Source: Bdellovibrionales bacterium
Lineage (GTDB): Bacteria; Bdellovibrionota; Bdellovibrionia; Bdellovibrionales; UBA1609
Assembly: GCA_965261545.1 (NCBI GenBank)
Contig: CBDHDF010000011.1
Coordinates: 640,001-704,000 of the forward strand
DNA length: 64,000 bases
Direction of reading: 5' to 3'
Notes under the pieces: model-generated
Seen by the model: only the letters and a program-made list of their open reading frames with translations
What the model was told of the DNA's origin: nothing
Databases searched by the model: none
Position numbers and translations under genes: made by a program
Shown here: one piece after another, positions 29,865 through 40,267 of the stretch
Layout: each line of letters begins with the position of its first letter
Numbering within the stretch: the stretch's first letter is position 1

Positions 29865-30263
29865 TTATCTACAATTAGCTCTTATCCAGGCAGGTTCTGC
29901 ACTGGACCCTTGATGGAACTCCAAGCGAAGCCCCTTGCTTCCACAATTAAAATGATTTCGCCAGAAGCGTGTCACTGTTTTTTTGTTGTTAACACTATAG
30001 TCGATTCTTATGTAAGCGCCGTGGCAGCTTCTAAAATGGTTATCATAGTAAGAGCGGCCTGGAGTCTTTCTCCACTTTCCGCCTTTACCATACCTATTGT
30101 AACATTTTGTGCTAATGGAGTTCAAACTGAGGTTGTCAATACGAATATATCCCCAATCATTTGTATCTGTCCTACTATGTGCCAAGACCATGTTTGGTGC
30201 GAGCACCAAACTCATGAGAGTTGCTATGGTAAAAGTTGTTATGAAATGAATAAATAAGTTCAT
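29865..30263 (-). CDS. Small secreted basic protein with 4 Cys
   Basis: Strong SD AGGAGG, signal peptide ending VLA-H. Confidence 0.7.
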   Translation of the reverse strand: MNLFIHFITTFTIATLMSLVLAPNMVLAHSRTDTNDWGYIRIDNLSLNSISTKCYNRYGKGGKWRKTPGRSYYDNHFRSCHGAYIRIDYSVNNKKTVTRFWRNHFNCGSKGLRLEFHQGSSAEPAWIRANCR

Positions 30264-30452
30264 GACTCCTCCTTGATTGTAATATATCTAATGTTGCTCT
30301 ATGTCTAATGGTGATAGTAATATTCAACTCAATATCTAAATGGTAGCAATCAAATTATTTTCATGGCAGGTGCTTATGGACTAGGAAAGTTGAAATGCTC
30401 AATGACTATACTTATTTACTGACTTAACTTTACTGCCCACTGTTTTTCTACC

Positions 30453-31556
30453 CTAACCTCCGAAAAGATTTCCGTGGGATTGGGGGTCGAAATACCAACG
30501 ATCACTGTCAGGGTCCCAGGGGTCCCAGGTGGGGATGCTTTTAAGCGTTTTCAAGTGTTTTTTAGGAACAATACCTGGAACTAAGAAAGCTTTTTGTCGA
30601 TGCAGGGGATAGGGGTTTCTCAACTCAAACCCCAAGACTCCTAAGGTGCTGCGGGCAATATACCAAGTGGCCTGGGGGTTCCAGCCGTGTGCGATTTTTA
30701 TCACAATGCCTAGGCCCTCGGGGTAGTTCTCGTGGGCAATGGCTAGGCCCAGCAGACCATCAGCTCCTTCTTTGGCAATGACTTGCCCTTGCCCTGACTT
30801 AATAATGGTGGTGTCCAAACGATTATAGCCTCCCACAAGGTCGGGCTCTCGAACCATCCCCTCCCAAATCCAATCTTCATGGCGATTTTGAGTAAGGCCG
30901 GCATAGCATTTTGCCAGTTCGTTCACTGTCATTGAACAAGTGGGAAGGCCATCACCATCTTTGGCAATTTTTAAAGGCTTCCAGTCTTTTCCTAAATAGC
31001 ATTGAATACATTTTAAGTACTCTTTGAAAATGCGATGACTGGGTAGAGTGTAGCCAGCGCGGTTCCACCCCTTTTCTCGGCACCCTCTAAGAATGGCGGC
31101 ATGTTGCCCTGATGAGTTGTTGTACCAGCGACGCGGGCGGCGGACTTGTCTCCCAAACTGAACGAGGGGAAGGTCCAGGGGTGTTTGCATCAAACCCCAC
31201 TCTCCTTGGCTTAGGAGAGATTGTGCGGCTTCCACATGGGCCACAGTGCCGTTGTGGCTGGCGACACTGATGGCTTTTTGTTTCCAGTTGGTGATAGGCT
31301 CCAGTTCTTTAGCAAAAACCTTTAAGTAAAAGGGTTTCATCATACTGCGCCCATAACACAAAACATTTCCCCCAAAGGAATGAATGAGACTTTTTCCACT
31401 GTACCAAGAGATAGCCCCATGGACTGTGGTTTCACTCACACCATTTCTTCGGTAGTCGACCAAGGGTTCCCATTCCACATGGCGACCTGTGGGAATATTG
31501 TCTTCTTGTTCACCGAGGGGATCGCAGGGGTAATTGTTTTCTAAATTTTGATTCAC
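30453..31556 (-). CDS. Class 3 (Rhizobium etli-type) asparaginase family protein
   Basis: RNGVSETTVHG, RSMMKP, ASHNG, PDLVGG..RLDT, AKEGADG, IKIAHG. Confidence 0.85.
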   Translation of the reverse strand: MNQNLENNYPCDPLGEQEDNIPTGRHVEWEPLVDYRRNGVSETTVHGAISWYSGKSLIHSFGGNVLCYGRSMMKPFYLKVFAKELEPITNWKQKAISVASHNGTVAHVEAAQSLLSQGEWGLMQTPLDLPLVQFGRQVRRPRRWYNNSSGQHAAILRGCREKGWNRAGYTLPSHRIFKEYLKCIQCYLGKDWKPLKIAKDGDGLPTCSMTVNELAKCYAGLTQNRHEDWIWEGMVREPDLVGGYNRLDTTIIKSGQGQVIAKEGADGLLGLAIAHENYPEGLGIVIKIAHGWNPQATWYIARSTLGVLGFELRNPYPLHRQKAFLVPGIVPKKHLKTLKSIPTWDPWDPDSDRWYFDPQSHGNLFGG

Positions 31557-31568
31557 AGGCTCCTCATT

Positions 31569-32030
31569 TCATAGAGTGGCAATGACTTTGAATTCCACAG
31601 CAATGGAGGTGGGTAGGGAGAGGACTTCAATAGTGGTTCTGGTGGGGCCAATGGACGAAAAATATTCGGCATAGACTTTGTTAAAGATTTTAAAATCGTT
31701 TTTCATGTCTGTTAAAAACACTTGGATATCGACCACTTTTTCTAAAGAGCTTCCAGAGCTTTCTAGGATGGCTTGAACGTTGGCAATCACAGACTTTGTT
31801 TGTAGGGTGATGTCTTTTTCCACCACATGCCCTTGGTTATTGAGAGTAACGCCAGGGATGTCAACACTTCCTTTTTTTCTTGGTCCCACTCCAGATAGAA
31901 AAAGAAGGGATCCCGCTTTTCTGGCATGGGGATAAGCTCCCACAGGTTCGGGAGCCTCCGGGCTCATCAGAAATTCTTTGTTTTCTTGACTTTTTGCCAC
32001 TACTCGAACCTCCGAAGAGCCATGAGTCAT
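31569..32030 (-). CDS. RidA/YjgF family protein (2-aminomuconate deaminase-like)
   Basis: APEPVGAYPHA, FLSGVG, VFLTDM..DF..FN.VY, PTRTTIEV..LP. Confidence 0.9.
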   Translation of the reverse strand: MTHGSSEVRVVAKSQENKEFLMSPEAPEPVGAYPHARKAGSLLFLSGVGPRKKGSVDIPGVTLNNQGHVVEKDITLQTKSVIANVQAILESSGSSLEKVVDIQVFLTDMKNDFKIFNKVYAEYFSSIGPTRTTIEVLSLPTSIAVEFKVIATL

Positions 32031-32067
32031 GGAGAGGGCGCACTCCCCTCACCGATCTTCGTTACTA

Positions 32068-32691
32068 CTACGGTATGAATTGGGAAAAATCAAAGTCAGG
32101 TCTGCTAAAAACACATGCATTATTGTTGCTGTCGTCAATTGCACTCACACTGGGTACGATAAATTTTCCCGCAGCCGCCTCTGTGACCTCTAAAGGATTT
32201 GAGATAATCCAAGTCCAATCCGTCGACGCTTGTCCTTGGTCTGTTGTTAAGCGTAAAGCTATTCTTTGTTCACTGTCAGCACAGGTGACAGTGGTGCCAT
32301 CGGAAAGTGTATTACTAGGTGCTTGTGGATTTTCACAAACATCGTATTCCTGGTCTGTGTCTGCAGTGCAGCCTCCACTACTGGATGCTGTTTGAAATCT
32401 AATATGATCAGACATTTCTATGACGACACAGGGGTATGTGCCTATGGGTATCCTGCCGACCCCTAAGTTGACAGCGCCATCGGCACTTATAAGATTGACG
32501 GGGCTGGGATTGCTTCCATTATCGATAACAGAGGTAAGGTTCGAACAATCATCGTTTGTACTTACGGCAAAGCTATAAAGCCTTATGCTGAGCTCAGTGG
32601 CATCAGCAGCTAGGGCTGAAGAAATGTGGAACCAAAAAGAAATGATTGGAATCGTGATTAAGAATAAGTATTTCATATGCGAGTACCTCAT
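32068..32691 (-). CDS. Secreted acidic Cys-containing hypothetical protein
   Basis: Signal peptide ending ALA-A, six Cys. Confidence 0.7.
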   Translation of the reverse strand: MRYSHMKYLFLITIPIISFWFHISSALAADATELSIRLYSFAVSTNDDCSNLTSVIDNGSNPSPVNLISADGAVNLGVGRIPIGTYPCVVIEMSDHIRFQTASSSGGCTADTDQEYDVCENPQAPSNTLSDGTTVTCADSEQRIALRLTTDQGQASTDWTWIISNPLEVTEAAAGKFIVPSVSAIDDSNNNACVFSRPDFDFSQFIP

Positions 32692-32796
32692 ACATGTTGT
32701 TAGTAGTTGTTAGTTATTGAGTTGTTATCTTAATTGATTTTTTCATTGACCTCATTAATATGTTTTTAATTCAATGACTATAGATTATTGATAAAA

Positions 32797-32925
32797 CTAA
32801 ATCTCATCGTCCCCTTGGAGGGTAAAAGTCACAGTATTGTCATCAGTATTGTCATCATCATCTCCACAGCTGACACAAAAAACCAAGGCGATTGTAGAAA
32901 TAAATAAAGCGATATATTTTTTCAT
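32797..32925 (-). CDS. 42-aa acidic lipoprotein (missed by the ORF track)
   Basis: SD AAGGAG; MKKYIALFISTIALVFCVSCGDDDDNTDDNTVTFTLQGDDEI*, lipobox-like CVSC. Confidence 0.7.
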   Translation of the reverse strand: MKKYIALFISTIALVFCVSCGDDDDNTDDNTVTFTLQGDDEI

Positions 32926-33190
32926 TTTTACTCCTTTTGTTGTTGTTTTGATTGTTTCATAATTTTATGTTTTGCACTTGCCTAGCAAGTCCCTGAATGA
33001 TTATATCGGGTGATATTTGTTAGATTCAAATAAATAATTTTCAAGAAGATAAAGTCTGGACTTATAGCTCGATAGCGGTTTAACCATACAGCATATAGCA
33101 CTGCCTTCCCCAGATTTCGCTTAAAAACCGTATTCCAACTTTTCATGCGAAGAGTTTTCGTGCGAAGGCAAGGCAATTGAAGATTGCTTG

Positions 33191-34378
33191 ATGACCAAGG
33201 ATTATTTATATTCTCATCCTATGCGTGTGCTTCAAGTTTATAAAACGGCGTGGCCTGATTCTGTGGGTGGGGTAGAGCAAGTGATGGACCAATTGGCTTG
33301 CGGTGTTGAGCGTCATGGTGTGTTATCTAGCGTCTATGCATTGAGTGAGTCTGTGACTTCTTCAGAGCCAGTTTCTATCAATGGCTATGACCTCTATCGA
33401 GTGAAGCAAAGCTTTAATGTGGCCTCCATGGGTGTCTCTTTTGCATCTTTTTTAAGGTTCGCAGAGATAGCAAAGAGGTTTGATATCATTCACTACCACT
33501 TTCCGTGGCCCTTTATGGATATTTTGCATTTTGCATGTGGTATTAAAAAGCCAGCACTGGTGACATATCATTCCGACATCATACGGCAGAAAAAATGGCT
33601 TTTCCTATATGGGCCCTTGATGCACCATTTTCTCAGTCATATGCAAGCAATTGTGGCGACGTCCTCCAACTATAAGCACTCTAGTGCCATTTTGCAAAAG
33701 TACATAGATAAGGTGGATGTCATACCGATAGGTATAGACAAGAGCCTTTATCCTGCAGCCTCCGAGGCCAGGGTTCAAGGGTGGAAGCAAAAGCTGGGGG
33801 GGCGGTTTTTCCTGTTTATTGGCGTTATGCGTTACTACAAGGGTTTGCAATTTCTTCTCGAAGCCATGGCTCGTGCTCAGTCTCGAGAGGCCACCTTTCA
33901 AGTGGCTTTGGCTGGAGAAGGTCCCATGGAGCCCCAATTAAGAGTTCAGGTGAAGCGGTTGGGCCTTAAAAATGTTCACTTTCTTGGCCCTGTCTCAGGC
34001 GAGGATAAATCAGCTCTGCTCGAGGCTTGTTATGGCTATGTGTTTCCCTCCCATATGCGCTCAGAAGCTTTTGGAGTTTCTCTTTTGGAAGGGGCTATGT
34101 ATGGCAAACCACTTATTTCCTGTGAAATAGGCACGGGGACCACCTATATTAATATTCATGGTCAGACGGGTCTTGTCGTACCACCCCAAGACTCCATGGC
34201 TCTGGACCAAGCCATGCAATATCTCATTGACAACTTCAAAAAATCAGATGCAATGGGGAAACATGCTGAAAGAAGGTATTGGCAGCTTTTTACTGGAGAT
34301 CAGCAGGCAGCCAGTTATGTGAAGCTCTACAGGCGCCTTTTTTCTAAAAAAGATGAGTATTTACCAAAAGGCCATTGA
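33191..34378 (+). CDS. GT4 glycosyltransferase (WbpZ/MtfC-like)
   Basis: GGVEQV, HYHFPWP, TYHSDI, YYKGL, PSHMRSEAFGVSLLEG. Confidence 0.92.
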   Translation: MTKDYLYSHPMRVLQVYKTAWPDSVGGVEQVMDQLACGVERHGVLSSVYALSESVTSSEPVSINGYDLYRVKQSFNVASMGVSFASFLRFAEIAKRFDIIHYHFPWPFMDILHFACGIKKPALVTYHSDIIRQKKWLFLYGPLMHHFLSHMQAIVATSSNYKHSSAILQKYIDKVDVIPIGIDKSLYPAASEARVQGWKQKLGGRFFLFIGVMRYYKGLQFLLEAMARAQSREATFQVALAGEGPMEPQLRVQVKRLGLKNVHFLGPVSGEDKSALLEACYGYVFPSHMRSEAFGVSLLEGAMYGKPLISCEIGTGTTYINIHGQTGLVVPPQDSMALDQAMQYLIDNFKKSDAMGKHAERRYWQLFTGDQQAASYVKLYRRLFSKKDEYLPKGH

Positions 34379-34404
34379 CAAAACACCTAAATAGAGAACA
34401 TAGT
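34375..34404 (+). promoter_or_regulatory. Probable sigma70 promoter of the S10 operon
   Basis: TTGACA-N18-CATAGT, ~280 bp upstream of rpsJ. Confidence 0.5.
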
Positions 34405-34686
34405 CGTCTTTTCTGTGCCTTAGCTATTTCTTGGGCAAGAGGGCCTTCAGTCCTTCCTTTTTTGGGTTTCCTTCCTTATCTGGTTCATATTCAAGGGGGG
34501 CTAAATTTTGGATACTGAGGTTTGTCAAACTCATGGGAAAGTGGGTTGTTGCGCTTAAAATAAATAAAGTTATGGAACTGAAGATATAGTGAGTAAATCT
34601 GAAGACATAGTGACATAGTTATAGAGACGTAGGTTCAAGACACATAAGTTCATAAGTCATTTATATTAAGTGAAGTAGGTGAAACA

Positions 34687-35010
34687 ATGCAAAGCCAGAA
34701 AATTCGCATTCGCTTGAAGGCTTTCGACCACAAGCTGCTCGATCAATCCACTCGGGAGATTGTTGATACAGCTCGTAGGACCGGGGCCTCTGTTGCTGGA
34801 CCCATTCCGCTACCCACCCGGGTGAATCGCTACACTGTGCTGCGCTCTCCTCATGTGAATAAAAAATCCCGTGAGCAATTTGAAATTAGAACTCACAAGC
34901 GTTTGTTGGATATTTTAGAGCCAACTCAGCAAACCATTGACCAACTTATGAAGCTTGATTTGTCGGCAGGGGTCGACGTGGAAATCAAACTATCCGCAGT
35001 AGGTACTTAA
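34687..35010 (+). CDS. rpsJ: 30S ribosomal protein S10
   Basis: [32 protein letters not shown]. Confidence 0.99.
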   Translation: MQSQKIRIRLKAFDHKLLDQSTREIVDTARRTGASVAGPIPLPTRVNRYTVLRSPHVNKKSREQFEIRTHKRLLDILEPTQQTIDQLMKLDLSAGVDVEIKLSAVGT

Positions 35011-35052
35011 AGCTGGAAAATCCAGGTTGAAAAAGAGAGAAGAGAGAAAAAC

Positions 35053-35763
35053 ATGAGTGAGGAAATAAAAAAACAACCGCTTGAGTCTTCAGATGCTCCA
35101 GGTGCTTCCAAAGAGGTGAAACCTCCAGCCAACCAAGAAATAAAATTAAATGGTCTTTACCTTATTAAAAAGGGGATGTCTTTTGTTTACAGTGACACAG
35201 GCAAAGCAATTCCTGTAACAGTTTTGGAGTATAAGCTCAGTGTGGTTTCTCAAATTAAGGATCATGTAAAAGATGGATATCAAGCCGTGCAAATAGCTTG
35301 TATGCCTAGGAGAGCTGCCACGGAGGCGGAAAAAGGCCACCTCAAAGCCTCTGGGATGGAGAATGGAGCCCGTGTGATTAAGGAAATTCGTCAGCCTCTT
35401 CCCGAGGGAATTTGTGTGGGACAAAGGGTTCTTATCAAGAGTTTATCCAAGGGAGATCAAATCAGTATCATGGGTTACTCTAAGGGGCGTGGCTTTTCTG
35501 GAACTTTGAAACGCTGGGGTTTTGGTGGAGGTCCAGCCTCCCATGGGTCCGGTTTTCATCGTCGTCCAGGCTCCATAGGTAACTGTGCGGATCCCGGTCG
35601 CGTGATGCCCGGTCACAAGATGGCTGGTCAATTTGGTGTTGAGAGAGTCACTATTCCTCGCACAAGTGTGGTGGATGTGCTTCTTGAGGAAAGCGTGGTT
35701 CTTGTGAAGGGTCCTGTACCGGGAGCGATGAATTCTCTCATTCAGGTCATGAAGGTATCGTGA
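35053..35763 (+). CDS. rplC: 50S ribosomal protein L3 (N-terminally extended)
   Basis: DGYQAVQ, SKGRGFSG, SHGSGFHRRPGSIG, VKGPVPG. Confidence 0.98.
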   Translation: MSEEIKKQPLESSDAPGASKEVKPPANQEIKLNGLYLIKKGMSFVYSDTGKAIPVTVLEYKLSVVSQIKDHVKDGYQAVQIACMPRRAATEAEKGHLKASGMENGARVIKEIRQPLPEGICVGQRVLIKSLSKGDQISIMGYSKGRGFSGTLKRWGFGGGPASHGSGFHRRPGSIGNCADPGRVMPGHKMAGQFGVERVTIPRTSVVDVLLEESVVLVKGPVPGAMNSLIQVMKVS

Positions 35764-36395
35764 TGGTAACTATGGAAGTGGTTGATTGGAATAAGCAAAA
35801 AGTGAGCAGTGTCGAATTGCAAAGCAAGATTTTTGATGTGGAGGTTCGCAAAGATATCCTGCATACTGTTGTTAGGTGGCAGCTTGCTTGTCGAAGAAGT
35901 GGAAACCACCAGGCAAAAACTCGCGCCATGGTCAGTGGGGGAGGCTCCAAACCCTTTAAGCAAAAGGGCACAGGGAATGCTCGTCAGGGTTCTTCTCGTT
36001 CTCCATTGCTTGAAGGTGGTGGAGTGATCTTCGCCCCTCAACCTCGGGATTATTCCTACACAGTGCCTAAAAAACAAAAGCGCAAAGCCCTTTGCTCGGC
36101 CCTTTCCTACTTAAAAGGAGAGGGGAGACTTTTTGTTATTGACCAATTGGATTCCCCCGATGGAAAAACAAAAATTTTAGCCAGTTGCCTTCACTCCCTG
36201 GGAGTCAAACAAGCCCTATTTATTGACAAAGAGGTGAACCCGTTGTTTCAAAGAGCGATACGTAATATACCTAGGGTTCGTTACAATAATGTGGAGGGTG
36301 TGAATGTTTATGATCTCCTCAAGTACAATTGTCTTGTTTTAACTCCAAAAGCTGTGAAGGCTCTGGAGTGTCGTTGTTTAGGGGAGAGTGACTAA
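35760..36395 (+). CDS. rplD: 50S ribosomal protein L4
   Basis: KTRAMVSGGGSKPFKQKGTGNARQGS. Confidence 0.98.
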   Translation: MMVTMEVVDWNKQKVSSVELQSKIFDVEVRKDILHTVVRWQLACRRSGNHQAKTRAMVSGGGSKPFKQKGTGNARQGSSRSPLLEGGGVIFAPQPRDYSYTVPKKQKRKALCSALSYLKGEGRLFVIDQLDSPDGKTKILASCLHSLGVKQALFIDKEVNPLFQRAIRNIPRVRYNNVEGVNVYDLLKYNCLVLTPKAVKALECRCLGESD

Positions 36396-36678
36396 GATGC
36401 ATAAAGCCTGTTATGTGATAAAACGACCTTTAGTCAGTGACAAGACCCGGGGCATACAAGGAGTTTATGTTTTTGAAGTGGATCGCAATGCCACAAAGGT
36501 AGATGTTAGAAATGCCGTGGAAAAGTATTTTAGAGTGAAAGTAGGGTCCGTTCGTACCTTGGTTTGTCGAGGGCGCTCCAAGAAGACACGAGTGGGGCTT
36601 GGCCCTGTGCGCTATTGGAAAAAGGCCATTGTTAAGCTGGCACCCGGCCAGAAAATTTCAACTTTTGAGGGAACTTAG
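36388..36678 (+). CDS. rplW: 50S ribosomal protein L23
   Basis: VFEVDRNATK, WKKAIVKL; operon position. Confidence 0.96.
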   Translation: MTKMHKACYVIKRPLVSDKTRGIQGVYVFEVDRNATKVDVRNAVEKYFRVKVGSVRTLVCRGRSKKTRVGLGPVRYWKKAIVKLAPGQKISTFEGT

Positions 36679-36715
36679 ATTTTTGAGAGACGTGGATTTT
36701 TGAGGGAGATTTCTT

Positions 36716-37549
36716 GTGGGTATTAAAGTTTTAAAACCGAGAACAAACGGTCTTCGTAATATGACGGCCTTTGACTTTAAGGAGTTGACTAAATCGACTC
36801 CAGAAAAATCACTCACTGAGGCTAAGCATAAAACTGGAGGTCGCAACAACCGAGGGCGAATCACTATGCGCCATATCGGAGGAGGGCATAAGCGGCACTA
36901 TCGTATTATTGATTTCAAACGCAAGAAAATGGAAATACCAGCTGTTGTTAAATCCATTGAATACGACCCCAACCGCACCTGTCGCATTGCCCTCATCTGT
37001 TATGAAAATGGTGAAAAAAGTTACATACTCTGCCCTGTGGGTTTAAGCGTGGGTGACCATGTTGTTTCCAGTGGATCCGCAGATATTAAACCGGGGAACT
37101 GTCTTCCCCTAAACTCTATTCCCACGGGCACAACTATTCACAATGTTGAAATGAGGCCAGGCAAGGGAGGGCAAATGGCTCGTGGAGCTGGTGTGGGTGC
37201 AACCCTTGTGGCCAAGCTTGGTATATATTGTCAAGTCAAGCTCCCCTCTGGGGAAGTACGGCAAGTCCTTTCTACTTGCAAGGCCAGCATTGGCCAAGTT
37301 GGCAACACAGAGCATGAAAATCTCAATGTGGGCAAGGCGGGGCGCACTCGTTGGAAAGGTCGTCGCCCCAAAGTTCGAGGAATGGCTATGAACCCCATTG
37401 ACCACCCCTTGGGTGGTGGCGAGGGTGTGGGCAAGGGAAATCATCCAATGACCCCTTGGGGTAAGCCATGTAAGGGGCATAAGACTCGCAATAACAAACG
37501 CACAGATAATATGATTGTGAAACGGCGTCGTAAAAAGAAAGAAAGTTAG
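36716..37549 (+). CDS. rplB: 50S ribosomal protein L2
   Basis: [34 protein letters not shown]. Confidence 0.99.
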   Translation: MGIKVLKPRTNGLRNMTAFDFKELTKSTPEKSLTEAKHKTGGRNNRGRITMRHIGGGHKRHYRIIDFKRKKMEIPAVVKSIEYDPNRTCRIALICYENGEKSYILCPVGLSVGDHVVSSGSADIKPGNCLPLNSIPTGTTIHNVEMRPGKGGQMARGAGVGATLVAKLGIYCQVKLPSGEVRQVLSTCKASIGQVGNTEHENLNVGKAGRTRWKGRRPKVRGMAMNPIDHPLGGGEGVGKGNHPMTPWGKPCKGHKTRNNKRTDNMIVKRRRKKKES

Positions 37550-37558
37550 GAGTAGAGC

Positions 37559-37828
37559 GTGGCTCGATCGGTAAAAAAGGGTCCTTATATGGACCATCAT
37601 CTCATGAATAAAATTACAAAGGCCCAAAATACAGGGGATAAGAAGGTCATTAAAACTTGGTCGCGTCGTTCGACCATCACTCCAGAGGCCGTGGGGTTAA
37701 CAGTTGCGGTTCATAATGGTAAGAAGTTTGTTCCCATCTATGTCACTGAGAATATGATTGGTCATAAATACGGTGAATTTTCCATGACTCGTCAATTTAG
37801 TAGTCATTCTGGTGATAAGAAAAAATAA
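37559..37828 (+). CDS. rpsS: 30S ribosomal protein S19
   Basis: [20 protein letters not shown]. Confidence 0.98.
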   Translation: MARSVKKGPYMDHHLMNKITKAQNTGDKKVIKTWSRRSTITPEAVGLTVAVHNGKKFVPIYVTENMIGHKYGEFSMTRQFSSHSGDKKK

Positions 37829-37842
37829 AAAGGTGTTGTGAT

Positions 37843-38178
37843 ATGGAAGTCAAAGCTAAATTGCGTTACGCTCGAATTGGAACTATGAAGGCTCGACTGG
37901 TGGCCGACCTTGTTCGTGGCAAGGATATCAACACAGCCATAAACCTTCTCACTTTTATGAAGCCCAAGGCAGCTCTTATGATTAAAAAGCTTCTTGAGTC
38001 GGCGGTGTCCAATGCAACTTACAAAGAGGTTATTGATGCGGACAACCTTTATGTCAAAAAAATCACAGTGGACCAAGGCCCTGCGATCAAGCGTTTTATG
38101 CCTCGAGCTCAAGGGCGAGCCTTTAAAATTAATAAAAAACAAAGTCATATTAGTGTGATTTTAGATGATGAAAGGTAG
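37843..38178 (+). CDS. rplV: 50S ribosomal protein L22
   Basis: [19 protein letters not shown]. Confidence 0.98.
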   Translation: MEVKAKLRYARIGTMKARLVADLVRGKDINTAINLLTFMKPKAALMIKKLLESAVSNATYKEVIDADNLYVKKITVDQGPAIKRFMPRAQGRAFKINKKQSHISVILDDER

Positions 38179-38186
38179 GATTTGAA

Positions 38187-38852
38187 GTGGGACAGAAAGT
38201 CAACCCGATCGGGTTAAGAGTGGGAGTGATTCGATCTTGGGACTCTCGGTGGTTTGCCAAGGGGCCCAAATACATTGAGAATCTCCACGAGGATTTGCGC
38301 TTGCGCAAGTATATCAAAAATAAGCTAAAGCATGCGGGTGTGGCTAAGATTGAAATGGAAAGGGCGGCCCAAAAGCTCAAGATTATTATTTCAACAGCTC
38401 GTCCAGGTATTGTTATTGGTAAAAAGGGGACGGGAATTGATGCTTTAAAAACAGATATTCAAAAGGAAACTCCCAATGAGGTTTTCTTGACGATTCAAGA
38501 AGTTCGGAAGCCTGATTTGGATGCCCAACTTGTGGCTGAGAATATTGCTCTCCAGTTAGAAAAGCGTATTTCCTGGAGAAGAGTTTTAAAAAAGGCTATG
38601 GCGGCTTCTGTGAGAAGTGGTGTTCGTGGAATTAAAGTCATGGTCAGTGGTCGCCTTGACGGTGCGGAGATTGCTCGGACAGAATGGTACAATGAAAAAA
38701 GTGTCCCTTTGCACACGCTTCGTGCCGATATTGACTATGGAACAGCAGAGGCATTGACAACTTACGGAATTATTGGAGTGAAGACTTGGATTTATCGTGG
38801 AGATGTCCTTTCGACAAAAGAACTTCAGGAGGCCAACCGTGTTAAGTCCTAA
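38187..38852 (+). CDS. rpsC: 30S ribosomal protein S3
   Basis: [33 protein letters not shown]. Confidence 0.99.
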   Translation: MGQKVNPIGLRVGVIRSWDSRWFAKGPKYIENLHEDLRLRKYIKNKLKHAGVAKIEMERAAQKLKIIISTARPGIVIGKKGTGIDALKTDIQKETPNEVFLTIQEVRKPDLDAQLVAENIALQLEKRISWRRVLKKAMAASVRSGVRGIKVMVSGRLDGAEIARTEWYNEKSVPLHTLRADIDYGTAEALTTYGIIGVKTWIYRGDVLSTKELQEANRVKS

Positions 38853-39246
38853 GAGAGTCAAGTGGCGGCGGCAACATCGTGGCACTTACGGTGGCTTTGC
38901 TTACCGTGGCTCCAGTCTTAGTTTTGGTGATTATGCTCTTGCGGTAACTCAAGCGGGGCGTATTACATCTCGCCAAATTGAATCCAGTCGTATTGCCATC
39001 AGCCGATCGGTCAAGCGTGGTGGAAATATATGGATAAGAATTTTCCCGGATCTTCCCATTACAAAAAAACCTGCGGAAGTTCGTATGGGTAAAGGAAAGG
39101 GAAGCCCTGAGTTGTGGGTGGCTAAGGTGAAACCTGGTCGCATTATTTTTGAAATGAACGGAGTGACTCGAGAGCAGGCTGAAACAGCTTTTCGTCTTGC
39201 TGCTCACAAGCTACCCCTTAAGACTCACTTTTTGGCGCGTAGTTAA
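38839..39246 (+). CDS. rplP: 50S ribosomal protein L16
   Basis: GTG start after [32 protein letters not shown]. Confidence 0.98.
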   Translation: MLSPKRVKWRRQHRGTYGGFAYRGSSLSFGDYALAVTQAGRITSRQIESSRIAISRSVKRGGNIWIRIFPDLPITKKPAEVRMGKGKGSPELWVAKVKPGRIIFEMNGVTREQAETAFRLAAHKLPLKTHFLARS

Positions 39247-39279
39247 GTAAGAATAAATTAAAAGGGAAGGTACAAAATA

Positions 39280-39510
39280 ATGAAATTTACAGAAATTCAA
39301 GGCTTAGACTCTGAAGAGTTAAAAAAGAGGTTATTGGCGTCTAGGGAGGATTATTTTCAATCCAAAATGGTGCATGCCTTTGGGCAACTTTCTAACTCCA
39401 ATCATCTTCGACAAGTTCGGCGGAATATTGCGAGAATTGAAACAGCTTTAACAGCCTTAAGAGCTAAGGGCGACTCTTCTCCCTCGCCTTCTACAGAGAG
39501 GTTACAATGA
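39280..39510 (+). CDS. rpmC: 50S ribosomal protein L29
   Basis: GQL...LRQVRRNIARIET; operon position. Confidence 0.95.
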   Translation: MKFTEIQGLDSEELKKRLLASREDYFQSKMVHAFGQLSNSNHLRQVRRNIARIETALTALRAKGDSSPSPSTERLQ

Positions 39511-39863
39511 GTGAAATTGAAGTTGTGTCAGGGGGGGCTTCACCCCCAGTAGAAGGCTCCTCATCCCCATGTTTCCCCTCGAAGGGGATGGTTAAGGTGA
39601 GAGGTCGTATGAATGAGGTTGTCGGAGAAGTGACTTCCGACAAAATGGATAAGACCATTTCTGTTTTGATCTATCGTTTGGTCAAGCACAAGCGTTATGG
39701 AAAGTTTATCCGTCGAACCTCTGTCTTCAAGGCCCACGATGAGTGCAATACAGCCAAAGTGGGGGATCGTGTGAAGATTTATGAAGTGCGTCCCATGAGT
39801 CGAACCAAGCGGTGGAAGCTTCGAGAGATTGTAAGCCGTGCTGAAAAGGAAACATCAATATGA
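39507..39863 (+). CDS. rpsQ: 30S ribosomal protein S17 (N-terminally extended)
   Basis: [29 protein letters not shown]. Confidence 0.97.
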   Translation: MSEIEVVSGGASPPVEGSSSPCFPSKGMVKVRGRMNEVVGEVTSDKMDKTISVLIYRLVKHKRYGKFIRRTSVFKAHDECNTAKVGDRVKIYEVRPMSRTKRWKLREIVSRAEKETSI

Positions 39864-40228
39864 TTCAGATGCAATCGTGGTTGAAAGTGGCCGACAACTC
39901 AGGTGCTCGTGAGGTTCAGTGTATTAAGGTTTTAGGTGGTAGTCAGCGTCGCTCAGCTTTTGTGGGTGATATTATTGTTGTTTCTATCAAGGAGGCACTT
40001 CCTAAGTCGAAAGTTAAAAAGGGAGACGTGGCCAAAGCTGTGATTGTTCGCACTATTCACAAGATTCGTCGTCCCGATGGAAGTTATGTGCGCTTTGATG
40101 ACAACTCGGCGGTCCTTATCAACGCCTCTAAAGAGCCCATTGGAACACGCATTTTTGGGCCTGTGGCCAGAGAGTTAAGGGCTAAGAAATTTATTAAGAT
40201 CATATCTTTGGCACCAGAAGTTCTGTAG
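39860..40228 (+). CDS. rplN: 50S ribosomal protein L14
   Basis: [27 protein letters not shown]. Confidence 0.99.
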   Translation: MIQMQSWLKVADNSGAREVQCIKVLGGSQRRSAFVGDIIVVSIKEALPKSKVKKGDVAKAVIVRTIHKIRRPDGSYVRFDDNSAVLINASKEPIGTRIFGPVARELRAKKFIKIISLAPEVL

Positions 40229-40267
40229 TGAGCTAAGAGTAAAGAAGTTAGGGGTAGAGGAGTCCAA

